From Balanoglossus misakiensis (lineage: Eukaryota > Animalia > Hemichordata), in NCBI GenBank assembly GCA_040954595.2, contig CM082590.2, positions 10,752,088-10,816,087 on the forward strand: 64,000 nt of DNA, in the 5' to 3' direction. The notes below the pieces were generated by a model that saw nothing but the letters and a program-made list of their open reading frames with translations, made no database searches and was not told the origin of the DNA. A program made the position numbers and the translations under genes. Positions 14,101 to 27,800 of this stretch are shown one piece after another. Every line of letters starts with the position of its first letter. Within the stretch, counting starts at the first letter, position 1.

Positions 14101-15870
14101 GCAAAGTCGAAAAATCGTCGATTTTTGAACATTTTCCTGAGCTATAACCCATGGTTTTTTCAAAAAATGACCAAATTTTGAAAATTCGCAAAGTCGAAAA
14201 ATCGTCGATTTTTGAACATTTTCCTGAGCTATAACCCATGGTTTTTTTCAAAAAATGACCAAATTTTGAAAATTCGCAAAGTCGAAAAATCGTCGATTTT
14301 TGAACATTTTCCTGAGCTATAACCCATGGTTTTTTTCAAAAAATGACCAAATTTTGAAAATTCGCAAAGTCGAAAAATCGTCGATTTTTGAACATTTTCC
14401 TGAGCTATAACCCATGGTTTTTTTCAAAAAATGACCAAATTTTGAAAATTCGCAAAGTCGAAAAATCGTCGATTTTTGAACATTTTCCTGTGCTATAACC
14501 CATGTTTTTTTTCAAAAAATGACCAGATTTTGAAAATTCGCAAAGTCGAAAAATCGTCGATTTTTGAACATATTCCTGAGCTATAACCCATGGTTTTTTC
14601 AAAAAATGACCAAATTTTGAAAATTCGCAAAGTCGAAAAATCGTCGATTTTTGAACATTTTCCTGAGCTATAACCCATGGTTTTTTTCAAAAAATGACCA
14701 GATTTTGAAAATTCGCAAAGTCGAAAAATCGTCGATTTTTGAACATTTTCCTGAGCTATAACCCATGGTTTTTTTTCAAAAAATGACCAAATTTTGAAAA
14801 TTCGCAAGGTCGAAAAACCGTCGATTTTTGAACATTTTCCTGAGCTATAACCCATGGTTTTTTCAAAAAATGACCAAATTTTGAAAATTCGCAAAGTCGA
14901 AAAATCGTCGATTTTTGAACATTTTCCTGAGCTATAACCCATGGTTTTTTCAAAAAATGACCAAATTTTGAAAATTCGCAAAGTCGAAAAATCGTCGATT
15001 TTTGAACATTTTCCTGAGCTATAACCCATGGTTTTTTCAAAAAATGACCAAATTTTGAAAATTCGCAAAGTCGAAAAATCGTCGATTTTTGAACATTTTC
15101 CTGAGCTATAACCCATGGTTTTTTTCAAAAAATGACCAAATTTTGAAAATTCGCAAAGTCGAAAAATCGTCGATTTTTGAACATTTTCCTGAGCTATAAC
15201 CCATGGTTTTTTTCAAAAAATGACCAGATTTTGAAAATTCGCAAAGTCGAAAAATCGTCGATTTTTGAACATTTTCCTGAGCTATAACCCATGGTTTTTT
15301 CAAAAAATGACCAGATTTTGAAAATTCGCAAAGTCGAAAAATCGTCGATTTTTGAACATTTTCCTGAGCTATAACCCATTGTTTTTTTCAAAAAATGACC
15401 AGATTTTGAAAATTCGCAAAGTCGAAAAATCGTCGATTTTTGGACATTTTCCTGAGCTATAACCCATGGTTTTTTTCAAAAAATGACCACATTTTGAAAA
15501 TTCGCAAAGTCGAAAAATCGTCGATTTTTGAACATTTTCCTGAGCTATAACCCATGTTTTTTTTCAAAAAATGACCAGATTTTGAAAATTCGCAAAGTCG
15601 AAAAATCGTCGATTTTTGAACATTTTCCTGAGCTATAACCCATGGTTTTTTTCAAAAAAAGACCAAATTTTGAAAATTCGCAAAGTCGAAAAATCGTCGA
15701 TTTTTGAACATTTTCCTGAGCTATAACCCATGGTTTTTTTCAAAAAATGACCAAATTTTGAAAATTCGCAAAGTCGAAAAATCGTCGATTTTTGAACATT
15801 TTCCTGAGCTATAACCCATGGTTTTTTTCAAAAAATGACCAAATTTTGAAAATTCGCAAAGGCGAAAAAT
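2131..15870 (-). repeat. Satellite DNA array, left block, 87/88-bp monomer, ~157 copies (length estimate)
   Basis: Head-to-tail repeats of the reverse complement of CCATGGGTTATAGCTCAGGAAAATGTTCAAAAATCGACGATTTTTCGACTTTGCGAATTTTCAAAAT(T/C)TGGTCATTTTTTGAAAAAA(A). Length variation is mostly in the terminal A run. Confidence 0.98.
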
Positions 15871-15876
15871 TTTTCG
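15863..15876. other. Strand-inversion junction of the satellite
   Basis: Reads ...CGCAAAGG CGAAAAATTTTTCG ACGATTTTTCGACTTTGCG...; a perfect 14-bp palindrome with no foreign spacer. ORF-track satellite ORFs switch from - to + here. Confidence 0.95.
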
Positions 15877-18800
15877 ACGATTTTTCGACTTTGCGAATTT
15901 TCAAAATCTGGTCATTTTTTAAAAAACCATGGGTTATAGCTCAGGAAAATGTTCAAAAATCGACGATTTTTCGACTTTGCGAATTTTCAAAATCTGGTCA
16001 TTTTTTGAAAAAAACCATGGGTTATAGCTCAGGAAAATGTTCAAAAATCGACGATTTTTCGACTTTGCGAATTTTCAAAATCTGGTCATTTTTTAAAAAA
16101 CCATGGGTTATAGCTCAGGAAAATGTTCAAAAATCGACGATTTTTCGACTTTGCGAATTTTCAAAATTTGGTCATTTTTTAAAAAAACCATGGGTTATAG
16201 CTCAGGAAAATGTTCAAAAATCGACGATTTTTCGACTTTGCGAATTTTCAAAATCTGGTCATTTTTTGAAAAAAACCATGGGTTATAGCTCAGGAAAATG
16301 TTCAAAAATCGACGATTTTTCGACTTTGCGAATTTTCAAAATCTGGTCATTTTTTGAAAAAACCATGGGTTATAGCTCAGGAAAATGTTCAAAAATCGAC
16401 GATTTTTCGACTTTGCGAATTTTCAAAATTTGGTCATTTTTTGAAAAAAAACCATGGGTTATAGCTCAGGAAAATGTTCAAAAATCGACGATTTTTCGAC
16501 TTTGCGAATTTTCAAAATTTGGTCATTTTTTGAAAAAAAACATGGGTTATAGCTCAGGAAAATGTTCAAAAATCGACGATTTTTCGACTTTGCGAATTTT
16601 CAAAATTTGGTCATTTTTTGAAAAAAAACATTGGTTATAGCTCAGGAAAATGTTCAAAAATCGACGATTTTTCGACTTTGCGAATTTTCAAAATCTGGTC
16701 ATTTTTTGAAAAAAAACATGGGTTATAGCTCAGGAAAATGTTCAAAAATCGACGATTTTTCGACTTTGCGAATTTTCAAAATCTGGTCATTTTTTGAAAA
16801 AAACCATGGGTTATAGCTCAGGAAAATGTTCAAAAATCGACGATTTTTCGACTTTGCGAATTTTCAAAATCTGGTCATTTTTTGAAAAAACCATGGGTTA
16901 TAGCTCAGGAAAATGTTCAAAAATCGACGATTTTTCGACTTTGCGAATTTTCAAAATTTGGTCATTTTTTGAAAAAAAACCATGGGTTATAGCTCAGGAA
17001 AATGTTCAAAAATCGACGATTTTTCGACTTTGCGAATTTTCAAAATTTGGTCATTTTTTGAAAAAAAACATGGGTTATAGCTCAGGAAAATGTTCAAAAA
17101 TCGACGATTTTTCGACTTTGCGAATTTTCAAAATTTGGTCATTTTTTGAAAAAAAACATTGGTTATAGCTCAGGAAAATGTTCAAAAATCGACGATTTTT
17201 CGACTTTGCGAATTTTCAAAATCTGGTCATTTTTTGAAAAAAAACATGGGTTATAGCTCAGGAAAATGTTCAAAAATCGACGATTTTTCGACTTTGCGAA
17301 TTTTCAAAATTTGGTCATTTTTTGAAAAAACCATGGGTTATAGCTCAGGAAAATGTTCAAAAATCGACGATTTTTCGACTTTGCGAATTTTCAAAATTTG
17401 GTCATTTTTTGAAAAAACCATGGGTTATAGCTCAGGAAAATGTTCAAAAATCGACGATTTTTCGACTTTGCGAATTTTCAAAATTTGGTCATTTTTTGAA
17501 AAAAAACATGGGTTATAGCTCAGGAAAATGTTCAAAAATCGACGATTTTTCGTCTTTGCGAATTTTCAAAATTTGGTCATTTTTTGAAAAAACCATGGGT
17601 TATAGCTCAGGAAAATGTTCAAAAATCGACGATTTTTCGACTTTGCGAATTTTCAAAATCTGGTCATTTTTTGAAAAAAACCATGGGTTATAGCTCAGGA
17701 AAATGTTCAAAAATCGACGATTTTTCGACTTTGCGAATTTTCAAAATTTGGTCATTTTTTGAAAAAAACCATGGGATATAGCTCAGGAAAATGTTCAAAA
17801 ATCGACGATTTTTCGAATTTGCGAATTTTCAAAATTTGGCCATTTTTTGAAAAAAACCATGGGTTATAGCTCAGGAAAATGTTCAAAAATCGACGATTTT
17901 TCGACTTTGCGAATTTTCAAAATTTGGTCATTTTTTGAAAAAAACCATGGGTTATAGCTCAGGAAAATGTTCAAAAATCGACGATTTTTCGACTTTGCGA
18001 ATTTTCAAAATTTGGTCATTTTTTGAAAAAAACCATGGGTTATAGCTCAGGAAAATGTTCAAAAATCGACGATTTTTCGACTTTGCGAATTTTCAAAATT
18101 TGGTCATTTTTTGAAAAAAAACATGGGTTATAGCTCAGGAAAATGTTCAAAAATCGACGATTTTTCGACTTTGCGAATTTTCAAAATTTGGTCATTTTTT
18201 GAAAAAACCATGGGTTATAGCTCAGGAAAATGTTCAAAAATCGACGATTTTTCGACTTTTCGAATTTTCAAAATTTGGTCATTTTTTGAAAAAAACCATG
18301 GGTTATAGCTCAGGAAAATGTTCAAAAATCGACGATTTTTCGAATTTGCGAATTTTCAAAATTTGGCCATTTTTTGAAAAAAACCATGGGTTATAGCTCA
18401 GGAAAATGTTCAAAAATCGACGATTTTTCGACTTTGCGAATTTTCAAAATTTGGTCATTTTTTGAAAAAACCATGGGTTATAGCTCAGGAAAATGTTCAA
18501 AAATCGACGATTTTTCGACTTTGCGAATTTTCAAAATTTGGTCATTTTTTGAAAAAAACCATGGGTTATAGCTCAGGAAAATGTTCAAAAATCGACGATT
18601 TTTCGACTTTGCGAATTTTCAAAATTTGGTCATTTTTTGAAAAAACCATGGGTTATAGCTCAGGAAAATGTTCAAAAATCGACGATTTTTCGACTTTGCG
18701 AATTTTCAAAATCTGGTCATTTTTTGAAAAAAACCATGGGTTATAGCTCAGGAAAATGTTCAAAAATCGACGATTTTTCGACTTTGCGAATTTTCAAAAT

Positions 18801-21800
18801 TTGGTCATTTTTTTAAAAAACCATGGGTTATAGCTCAGGAAAATGTTCAAAAATCGACGATTTTTCGACTTTGCGAATTTTCAAAATTTGGTCATTTTTT
18901 GAAAAAAACCATGGGTTATAGCTCAGGAAAATGTTCAAAAATCGACGATTTTTCGACTTTGCGAATTTTCAAAATTTGGTCATTTTTTGAAAAAAAAACA
19001 TGGGTTATAGCTCAGGAAAATGTTCAAAAATCGACGATTTTTCGACTTTGCGTATTTTCAAAATTTGGTCATTTTTTGAAAAAACCATGGGTTATAGCTC
19101 AGGAAAATGTTCAAAAGTCGACGATTTTTCGACTTTGCGAATTTTCAAAATCTGGTCATTTTTTTAAAAAAACCATGGGTTATAGCTCAGGAAAATGTTC
19201 AAAAATCGACGATTTTTCGACTTTGCGAATTTTCAAAATTTGGTCATTTTTTGAAAAAAACCATGGGTTATAGCTCAGGAAAATGTTCAAAAATCGACGA
19301 TTTTTCGACTTTTCGAATTTTCAAAATTTGGCCATTTTTTGAAAAAAACCATGGGTTATAGCTCAGGAAAATGTTCAAAAATCGACGATTTTTCGACTTT
19401 GCGAATTTTCAAAATTTGGTCATTTTTTGAAAAAAACCATGGGTTATAGCTCAGGAAAATGTTCAAAAATCGACGATTTTTCGACTTTGCGAATTTTCAA
19501 AATTTGGTCATTTTTTGAAAAAAACCATGGGTTATAGCTCAGGAAAATGTTCAAAAATCGACGATTTTTCGACTTTGCGAATTTTCAAAATTTGGTCATT
19601 TTTTGAAAAAAACCATGGGTTATAGCTCAGGAAAATGTTCAAAAATCGACGATTTTTCGACTTTGCGAATTTTCAAAATTTGGCCATTTTTTGAAAAAAA
19701 CCATGGGTTATAGCTCAGGAAAATGTTCAAAAATCGACGATTTTTCGACTTTGCGAATTTTCAAAATTTGGTCATTTTTAGAAAAAAAAACCATGGGTTA
19801 TAGCTCAGGAAAATGTTCAAAAATCGACGATTTTTCGACTTTGCGAATTTTCAAAATTTGGTCATTTTTTGAAAAAACCATGGGTTATAGCTCAGGAAAA
19901 TGTTCAAAAATCGACTATTTTTCGACTTTGCGAATTTTCAAAATTTGGTCATTTTTAAAAAAAAACCATGGGTTATAGCTCAGGAAAATGTTCAAAAATC
20001 GACGATTTTGCGACTTTGCGAATTTTCAAAATTTGGTCATTTTTTAAAAAACCATGGGTTATAGCTCAGGAAAATGTTCAAAAATCGACGATTTTTCGAC
20101 TTTGCGAATTTTCAAAATTTGGTCATTTTTTGAAAAAAACCATGGGTTATAGCTCAGGAAAATGTTCAAAAATCGACGATTTTTCGACTTTGCGAATTTT
20201 CAAAATTTGGTCATTTTTTGAAAAAACCATGGGTTATAGCTCAGGAAAATGTTCAAAAATCGACGATTTTTCGACTTTTCGAATTTTCAAAATTTGGTCA
20301 TTTTTTGAAAAAAAACCATGGGTTATAGCTCAGGAAAATGTTCAAAAATCGACGATTTTTCGACTTTGCGAATTTTCAAAATTTGGCCATTTTTTGAAAA
20401 AAACCATGGGTTATAGCTCAGGAAAATGTTCAAAAATCGACTATTTTTCGACTTTGCGAATTTTCAAAATTTGGCCATTTTTTGAAAAAAACCATGGGTT
20501 ATAGCTCAGGAAAATGTTCAAAAATCGACGATTTTTCGACTTTGCGAATTTTCAAAATTTGGCCATTTTTTGAAAAAAACCATGGGTTATAGCTCAGGAA
20601 AATGTTCAAAAATCGACGATTTTTCGACTTTGCGAATTTTCAAAATTTGGTCATTTTTAGAAAAAAAAACCATGGGTTATAGCTCAGGAAAATGTTCAAA
20701 AATCGACGATTTTTCGACTTTGCGAATTTTCAAAATTTGGTCATTTTTTGAAAAAACCATGGGTTATAGCTCAGGAAAATGTTCAAAAATCGACGATTTT
20801 TCGACTTTTCGAATTTTCAAAATTTGGTCATTTTTTGAAAAAAACCATGGGTTATAGCTCAGGAAAATGTTCAAAAATCGACGATTTTTCGACTTTGCGA
20901 ATTTTCAAAATTTGGTCATTTTTTGAAAAAAACCATGGGTTATAGCTCAGGAAAATGTTCAAAAATCGACGATTTTTCGACTTTGCGAATTTTCAAAATT
21001 TGGTCATTTTTTGAAAAAAACCATGGGTTATAGCTCAGGAAAATGTTCAAAAATCGACTATTTTTCGACTTTGCGAATTTTCAAAATTTGGTCATTTTTT
21101 GAAAAAAACCATGGGTTATAGCTCAGGAAAATGTTCAAAAATCGACGATTTTTCGACTTTGCGAATTTTCAAAATTTGGTCATTTTTTGAAAAAAACCAT
21201 GGGTTATAGCTCAGGAAAATGTTCAAAAATCGACGATTTTTCGACTTTTCGAATTTTCAAAATTTGGTCATTTTTTGAAAAAAACCATGGGTTATAGCTC
21301 AGGAAAATGTTCAAAAATCGACGATTTTTCGACTTTGCGAATTTTCAAAATTTGGCCATTTTTTGAAAAAAACCATGGGTTATAGCTCAGGAAAATTTTC
21401 AAAAATCGACGATTTTTCGACTTTGCGAATTTTCAAAATTTGGTCATTTTTTGAAAAAACCATGGGTTATAGCTCAGGAAAATGTTCAAAAATCGACGAT
21501 TTTTCGACTTTGCGAATTTTCAAAATTTGGTCATTTTTTAAAAAAAACCATGGGTTATAGCTCAGGAAAATGTTCAAAAATCGACGATTTTTCGACTTTG
21601 CGAATTTTCAAAATCTGGTCATTTTTTGAAAAAACCATGGGTTATAGCTCAGGAAAATGTTCAAAAATCGACGATTTTTCGACTTTGCGAATTTTCAAAA
21701 TTTGGTCATTTTTTGAAAAAAACCATGGGTTATAGCTCAGGAAAATGTTCAAAAATCGACGATTTTTCGACTTTGCGAATTTTCAAAATTTGGTCATTTT

Positions 21801-24800
21801 TTGAAAAAACCATGGGTTATAGCTCAGGAAAATGTTCAAAAATCGACGATTTTTCGACTTTTCGAATTTTCAAAATCTCGTCATTTTTTGAAAAAAAACA
21901 TGGGTTATAGCTCAGGAAAATGTTCAAAAATCGACGATTTTTCGACTTTGCGAATTTTCAAAATTTGGTCATTTTTTGAAAAAAACCATGGGTTATAGCT
22001 CAGGAAAATGTTCAAAAATCGACGATTTTTCGACTTTGCGAATTTTCAAAATTTGGTCATTTTGTGAAAAAACCATGGGTTATAGCTCAGGAAAATGTTC
22101 AAAAATCGACGATTTTTCGACTTTCCGAATTTTCAAAATTTGGTCATTTTTAAAAAAAAACCATGGGTTATAGCTCAGGAAAATGTTCAAAAATCGACGA
22201 TTTTTCGACTTTGCGAATTTTCAAAATTTGGTCATTTTTTAAAAAAACCATGGGTTATAGCTCAGGAAAATGTTCAAAAATCGACGATTTTTCGACTTTG
22301 CGAATTTTCAAAATTTATTCATTTTTTGAAAAAAACCATGGGTTATAGCTCAGGAAAATGTTCAAAAATCGACGATTTTTCGACTTTGCGAATTTTCAAA
22401 ATTTTGTCATTTTTTGAAAAAAAACATGGGTTATAGCTCAGGAAAATGTTCAAAAATCGACGATTTTTCGACTTTGCGAATTTTCAAAATTTGGCCATTT
22501 TTTGAAAAAAACCATGGGTTATAGCTCAGGAAAATGTTCAAAAATCGACGATTTTTCGACTTTGCGAATTTTCAAAATTTGGTCATTTTTTGAAAAAACC
22601 ATGGGTTATAGCTCAGGAAAATGTTCAAAAATCGACGATTTTTCGACTTTGCGAATTTTCAAAATCTGGTCATTTTTTGAAAAAACCATGGGTTATAGCT
22701 CAGGAAAATGTTCAAAAATCGACGATTTTTCGACTTTGCGAATTTTCAAAATTTGGTCATTTTTTGAAAAAACCATGGGTTATAGCTCAGGAAAATGTTC
22801 AAAAATCGACGATTTTTCGACTTTGCGAATTTTCAAAATTTGGTCATTTTTTTGAAAAAACCATGGGTTGTAGCTCAGGAAAATGTTCAAAAATCGACGA
22901 TTTTTCGACTTTTCGAATTTACAAAATCTGGTCATTTTTTGACAAAAACCATGGGTTATAGCTCAGGAAAATGTTCAAAAATCGACGATTTTTCGACTTT
23001 GCGAATTTTCAAAATTTGGTCATTTTTTGAAAAAACCATGGGTTATAGCTCAGGAAAATGTTCAAAAATCGACGATTTTTCGAATTTGCGAATTTTAAAA
23101 ATTTGGTCATTTTTTGAAAAAAAACATGGGTTATAGCTCAGGAAAATGTTCAAAAATCGACGATTTTTCGACTTTGCGAATTTTCAAAATTTGGTCATTT
23201 TTTGAAAAAAACCATGGGTTATAGCTCAGGAAAATGTTCAAAAATCGACGATTTTTCGACTTTGCGAATTTTCAAAATTTGGTCATTTTATGAAAAAAAC
23301 CATGGGTTATAGCTCAGGAAAATGTTCAAAAATCGACGATTTTTCGACTTTGCGAATTTTCAAAATTTGGTCATTTTTTGAAAAAACCATGGGTTATAGC
23401 TCAGGAAAATGTTCAAAAATCGACGATTTTTCGACTTTTCGAATTTTCAAAATTTGGTCATTTTTTGAAAAAAACCATGGGTTATAGCTCAGGAAAATGT
23501 TCAAAAATCGACGATTTTTCGACTTTGCGAATTTTCAAAATTTGGTCATTTTTTGAAAAAAACCATGGGTTATAGCTCAGGAAAATGTTCAAAAATCGAC
23601 GATTTTTCGACTTTGCGAATTTTCAAAATTTGGTCATTTTTTGAAAAAAACCATGGGTTATAGCTCAGGAAAATGTTCAAAAATCGACGATTTTTCGACT
23701 TTGCGAATTTTCAAAATTTGGTCATTTTTTGAAAAAAACCATGGGTTATAGCTCAGGAAAATGTTCAAAAATCGACGATTTTTCGACTTTGCGAATTTTC
23801 AAAATTTGGTCATTTTTTGAAAAAACCATGGGTTATAGCTCAGGAAAATGTTCAAAAATCGACGATTTTTCGACTTTCCGAATTTTCAAAATTTGGTCAT
23901 TTTTAAAAAAAAACCATGGGTTATAGCTCAGGAAAATGTTCAAAAATCGACGATTTTTCGACTTTGCGAATTTTCAAAATTTGGTCATTTTTTAAAAAAA
24001 CCATGGGTTATAGCTCAGGAAAATGTTCAAAAATCGACGATTTTTCGACTTTGCGAATTTTCAAAATTTGGTCATTTTTTGAAAAAAACCATGGGTTATA
24101 GCTCAGGAAAATGTTCAAAAATCGACGATTTTTCGACTTTGCGAATTTTCAAAATTTGGTCATTTTTTGAAAAAAACCATGGGTTATAGCTCAGGAAAAT
24201 GTTCAAAAATCGACGATTTTTCGACTTTGCGAATTTTCAAAATTTGGTCATTTTTTGAAAAAACCATGGGTTATAGCTCAGGAAAATGTTCAAAAATCGA
24301 CGATTTTTCGACTTTTCGAATTTTCAAAATCTGGTCATTTTTTGAAAAAAACCATGGGTTATAGCTCAGGAAAATGTTCAAAAATCGACGATTTTTCGAC
24401 TTTGCGAATTTTCAAAATTTGGTCATTTTTTGAAAAAAAACATGGGTTATAGCTCAGGAAAATGTTCAAAAATCGACGATTTTTCGACTTTGCGAATTTT
24501 CAAAATTTGGTCATTTTTTGAAAAAAAACATGGGTTATAGCTCAGGAAAATGTTCAAAAATCGACGATTTTTCGACTTTGCGAATTTTCAAAATTTGGTC
24601 ATTTTTTGAAAAAAACCATGGGTTATAGCTCAGGAAAATGTTCAAAAATCGACGATTTTTCGACTTTGCGAATTTTCAAAATTTGGTCATTTTTTGAAAA
24701 AAACCATGGGTTATAGCTCAGGAAAATGTTCAAAAATCGACGATTTTTCGACTTTGCGAATTTTCAAAATTTGGTCATTTTTTAAAAAAACCATGGGTTA

Positions 24801-27800
24801 TAGCTCAGGAAAATGTTCAAAAATCGACGATTTTTCGACTTTGCGAATTTTCAAAATTTGGTCATTTTTTGAAAAAACCATGGGTTATAGCTCAGGAAAA
24901 TGTTCAAAAATCGACGATTTTTCGACTTTTCGAACTTTCAAAATCTGGTGATTTTTTGAAAAAAACCATGGGTTATAGCTCAGGAAAATGTTCAAAAATC
25001 GACGATTTTTCGACTTTGCGAATTTTCAAAATTTGGTCATTTTTTGAAAAAACCATGGGTTATAGCTCAGGAAAATGTTCAAAAATCGACGATTTTTCGA
25101 CTTTTCGACTTTTCAAAATTTGGTCATTTTTTGAAAAAACCATGGGTTATAGCTCAGGAAAATGTTCAAAAATCGACGATTTTTCGACTTTGCGACTTTT
25201 CAAAATCTGGTCATTTTTTGAAAAAAACCATGGGTTATAGCTCAGGAAAATGTTCAAAAATCGACGATTTTTCGACTTTGCGAATTTTCAAAATTTGGTC
25301 ATTTTTTGAAAAAAACCATGGGTTATAGCTCAGGAAAATGTTCAAAAATCGACGATTTTTCGACTTTGCGAATTTTAAAAATTTGGTCATTTTTTGAAAA
25401 AAAACCATGGGTTATAGCTCAGGAAAATGTTCAAAAATCGACGATTTTTCGACTTTGCGAATTTTCAAAATTTGGTCATTTTTTGAAAAAAACCATGGGT
25501 TATAGCTCAGGAAAATGTTCAAAAATCGACGATTTTTCGACTTTGCGAATTTTCAAAATTTGGTCATTTTTTTAAAAAACCATGGGTTATAGCTCAGGAA
25601 AATGTTCAAAAATCGACGATTTTTCGACTTTTCGAATTTTCAAAATCTGGTCATTTTTTGAAAAAACCATGGGTTATAGCTCAGGAAAATGTTCAAAAAT
25701 CGACGATTTTTCGACTTTTCGAATTTTCAAAATTTGGTCATTTTTTGAAAAAAACCATGGGTTATAGCTCAGGAAAATGTTCAAAAATCGACGATTTTTC
25801 GACTTTGCGAATTTTCAAAATTTGGCCATTTTTTGAAAAAAACCATGGGTTATAGCTCAGGAAAATGTTCAAAAATCGACGATTTTTCGACTTTGCGAAT
25901 TTTCAAAATTTGGTCATTTTTTGAAAAAACCATGGGTTATAGCTCAGGAAAATGTTCAAAAATCGACGATTTTTCGACTTTGCGAATTTTCAAAATTTGG
26001 TCATTTTTTAAAAAAACCATGGGTTATAGCTCAGGAAAATGTTCAAAAATCGACGATTTTTCGACTTTGCGAATTTTCAAAATTTGGCCATTTTTTGAAA
26101 AAAACCATGGGTTATAGCTCAGGAAAATGTTCAAAAATCGACGATTTTTCGACTTTGCGAATTTTCAAAATCTGGTCATTTTTTGAAAAAAACCATGGGT
26201 TATAGCTCAGGAAAATGTTCAAAAATCGACGATTTTTCGACTTTGCGAATTTTCAAAATTTGGTCATTTTTTGAAAAAAACCATGGGTTATAGCTCAGGA
26301 AAATGTTCAAAAATCGACGATTTTTCGACTTTACGAATTTTCAAAATCTGGCCATTTTTTGAAAAAAACCATGGGTTATAGCTCAGGAAAATGTTCAAAA
26401 ATCGACGATTTTTCGACTTTACGAATTTTCAAAATCTGGCCATTTTTTGAAAAAAACCATGGGTTATAGCTCAGGAAAATGTTCAAAAATCGACGATTTT
26501 TCGACTTTGCGAATTTTCAAAATTTGGTCATTTTTTGAAAAAACCATGGGTTATAGCTCAGGAAAATGTTCAAAAATCGACGATTTTTCGACTTTTCGAA
26601 TTTTCAAAATTTGGTCATTTTTTGAAAAAAACCATGGGATATAGCTCAGGAAAATGTTCAAAAATCGACGATTTTTCGAATTTGCGAATTTTCAAAATTT
26701 GGCCATTTTTTGAAAAAAACCATGGGTTATAGCTCAGGAAAATGTTCAAAAATCGACGATTTTTCGACTTTGCGAATTTTCAAAATTTGGTCATTTTTGA
26801 AAAAAACCATGGGTTATAGCTCAGGAAAATGTTCAAAAATCGACGATTTTTCGACTTTGCGAATTTTCAAAATTTGGTCATTTTTTGAAAAAAACCATGG
26901 GTTATAGCTCAGGAAAATGTTCAAAAATCGACGATTTTTCGACTTTGCGAATTTTCAAAATTTGGTCATTTTTTGAAAAAAACCATGGGTTATAGCTCAG
27001 GAAAATGTTCAAAAATCGACGATTTTTCGACTTTGCGAATTTTCAAAATTTGGTCATTTTTTGAAAAAAAACATGGGTTATAGCTCAGGAAAATGTTCAA
27101 AAATCGACGATTTTTCGACTTTTCGAATTTTCAAAATTTGGTCATTTTTTGAAAAACACCATGGGTTATAGCTCAGGAAAATGTTCAAAAATCGACGATT
27201 TTTCGAATTTGCGAATTTTCAAAATTTGGTCATTTTTTGAAAAAAACCATGGGTTATAGCTCAGGAAAATGTTCAAAAATCGACGATTTTTCGACTTTGC
27301 GAATTTTCAAAATCTGGTCATTTTTTGAAAAAAACCATGGGTTATAGCTCAGGAAAATGTTCAAAAATCGACGATTTTTCGACTTTGCGAATTTTCAAAA
27401 TTTGGTCATTTTTTAAAAAAAACCATGGGTTATAGCTCAGGAAAATGTTCAAAAATCGACGATTTTTCGACTTTGCGAATTTTCAAAATTTGGTCATTTT
27501 TTGAAAAAACCATGGGTTATAGCTCAGGAAAATGTTCAAAAATCGACGATTTTTCGACTTTGCGAATTTTCAAAATTTGGTCATTTTTTGAAAAAAACCA
27601 TGGGTTATAGCTCAGGAAAATGTTCAAAAATCGACGATTTTTCGACTTTGCGAATTTTCAAAATTTGGTCATTTTTTGAAAAAACCATGGGTTTTAGCTC
27701 AGGAAAATGTTCAAAAATCGACGATTTTTCGACTTTTCGAATTTTCAAAATTTGGTCATTTTTTGAAAAAAACCATGGGATATAGCTCAGGAAAATGTTC

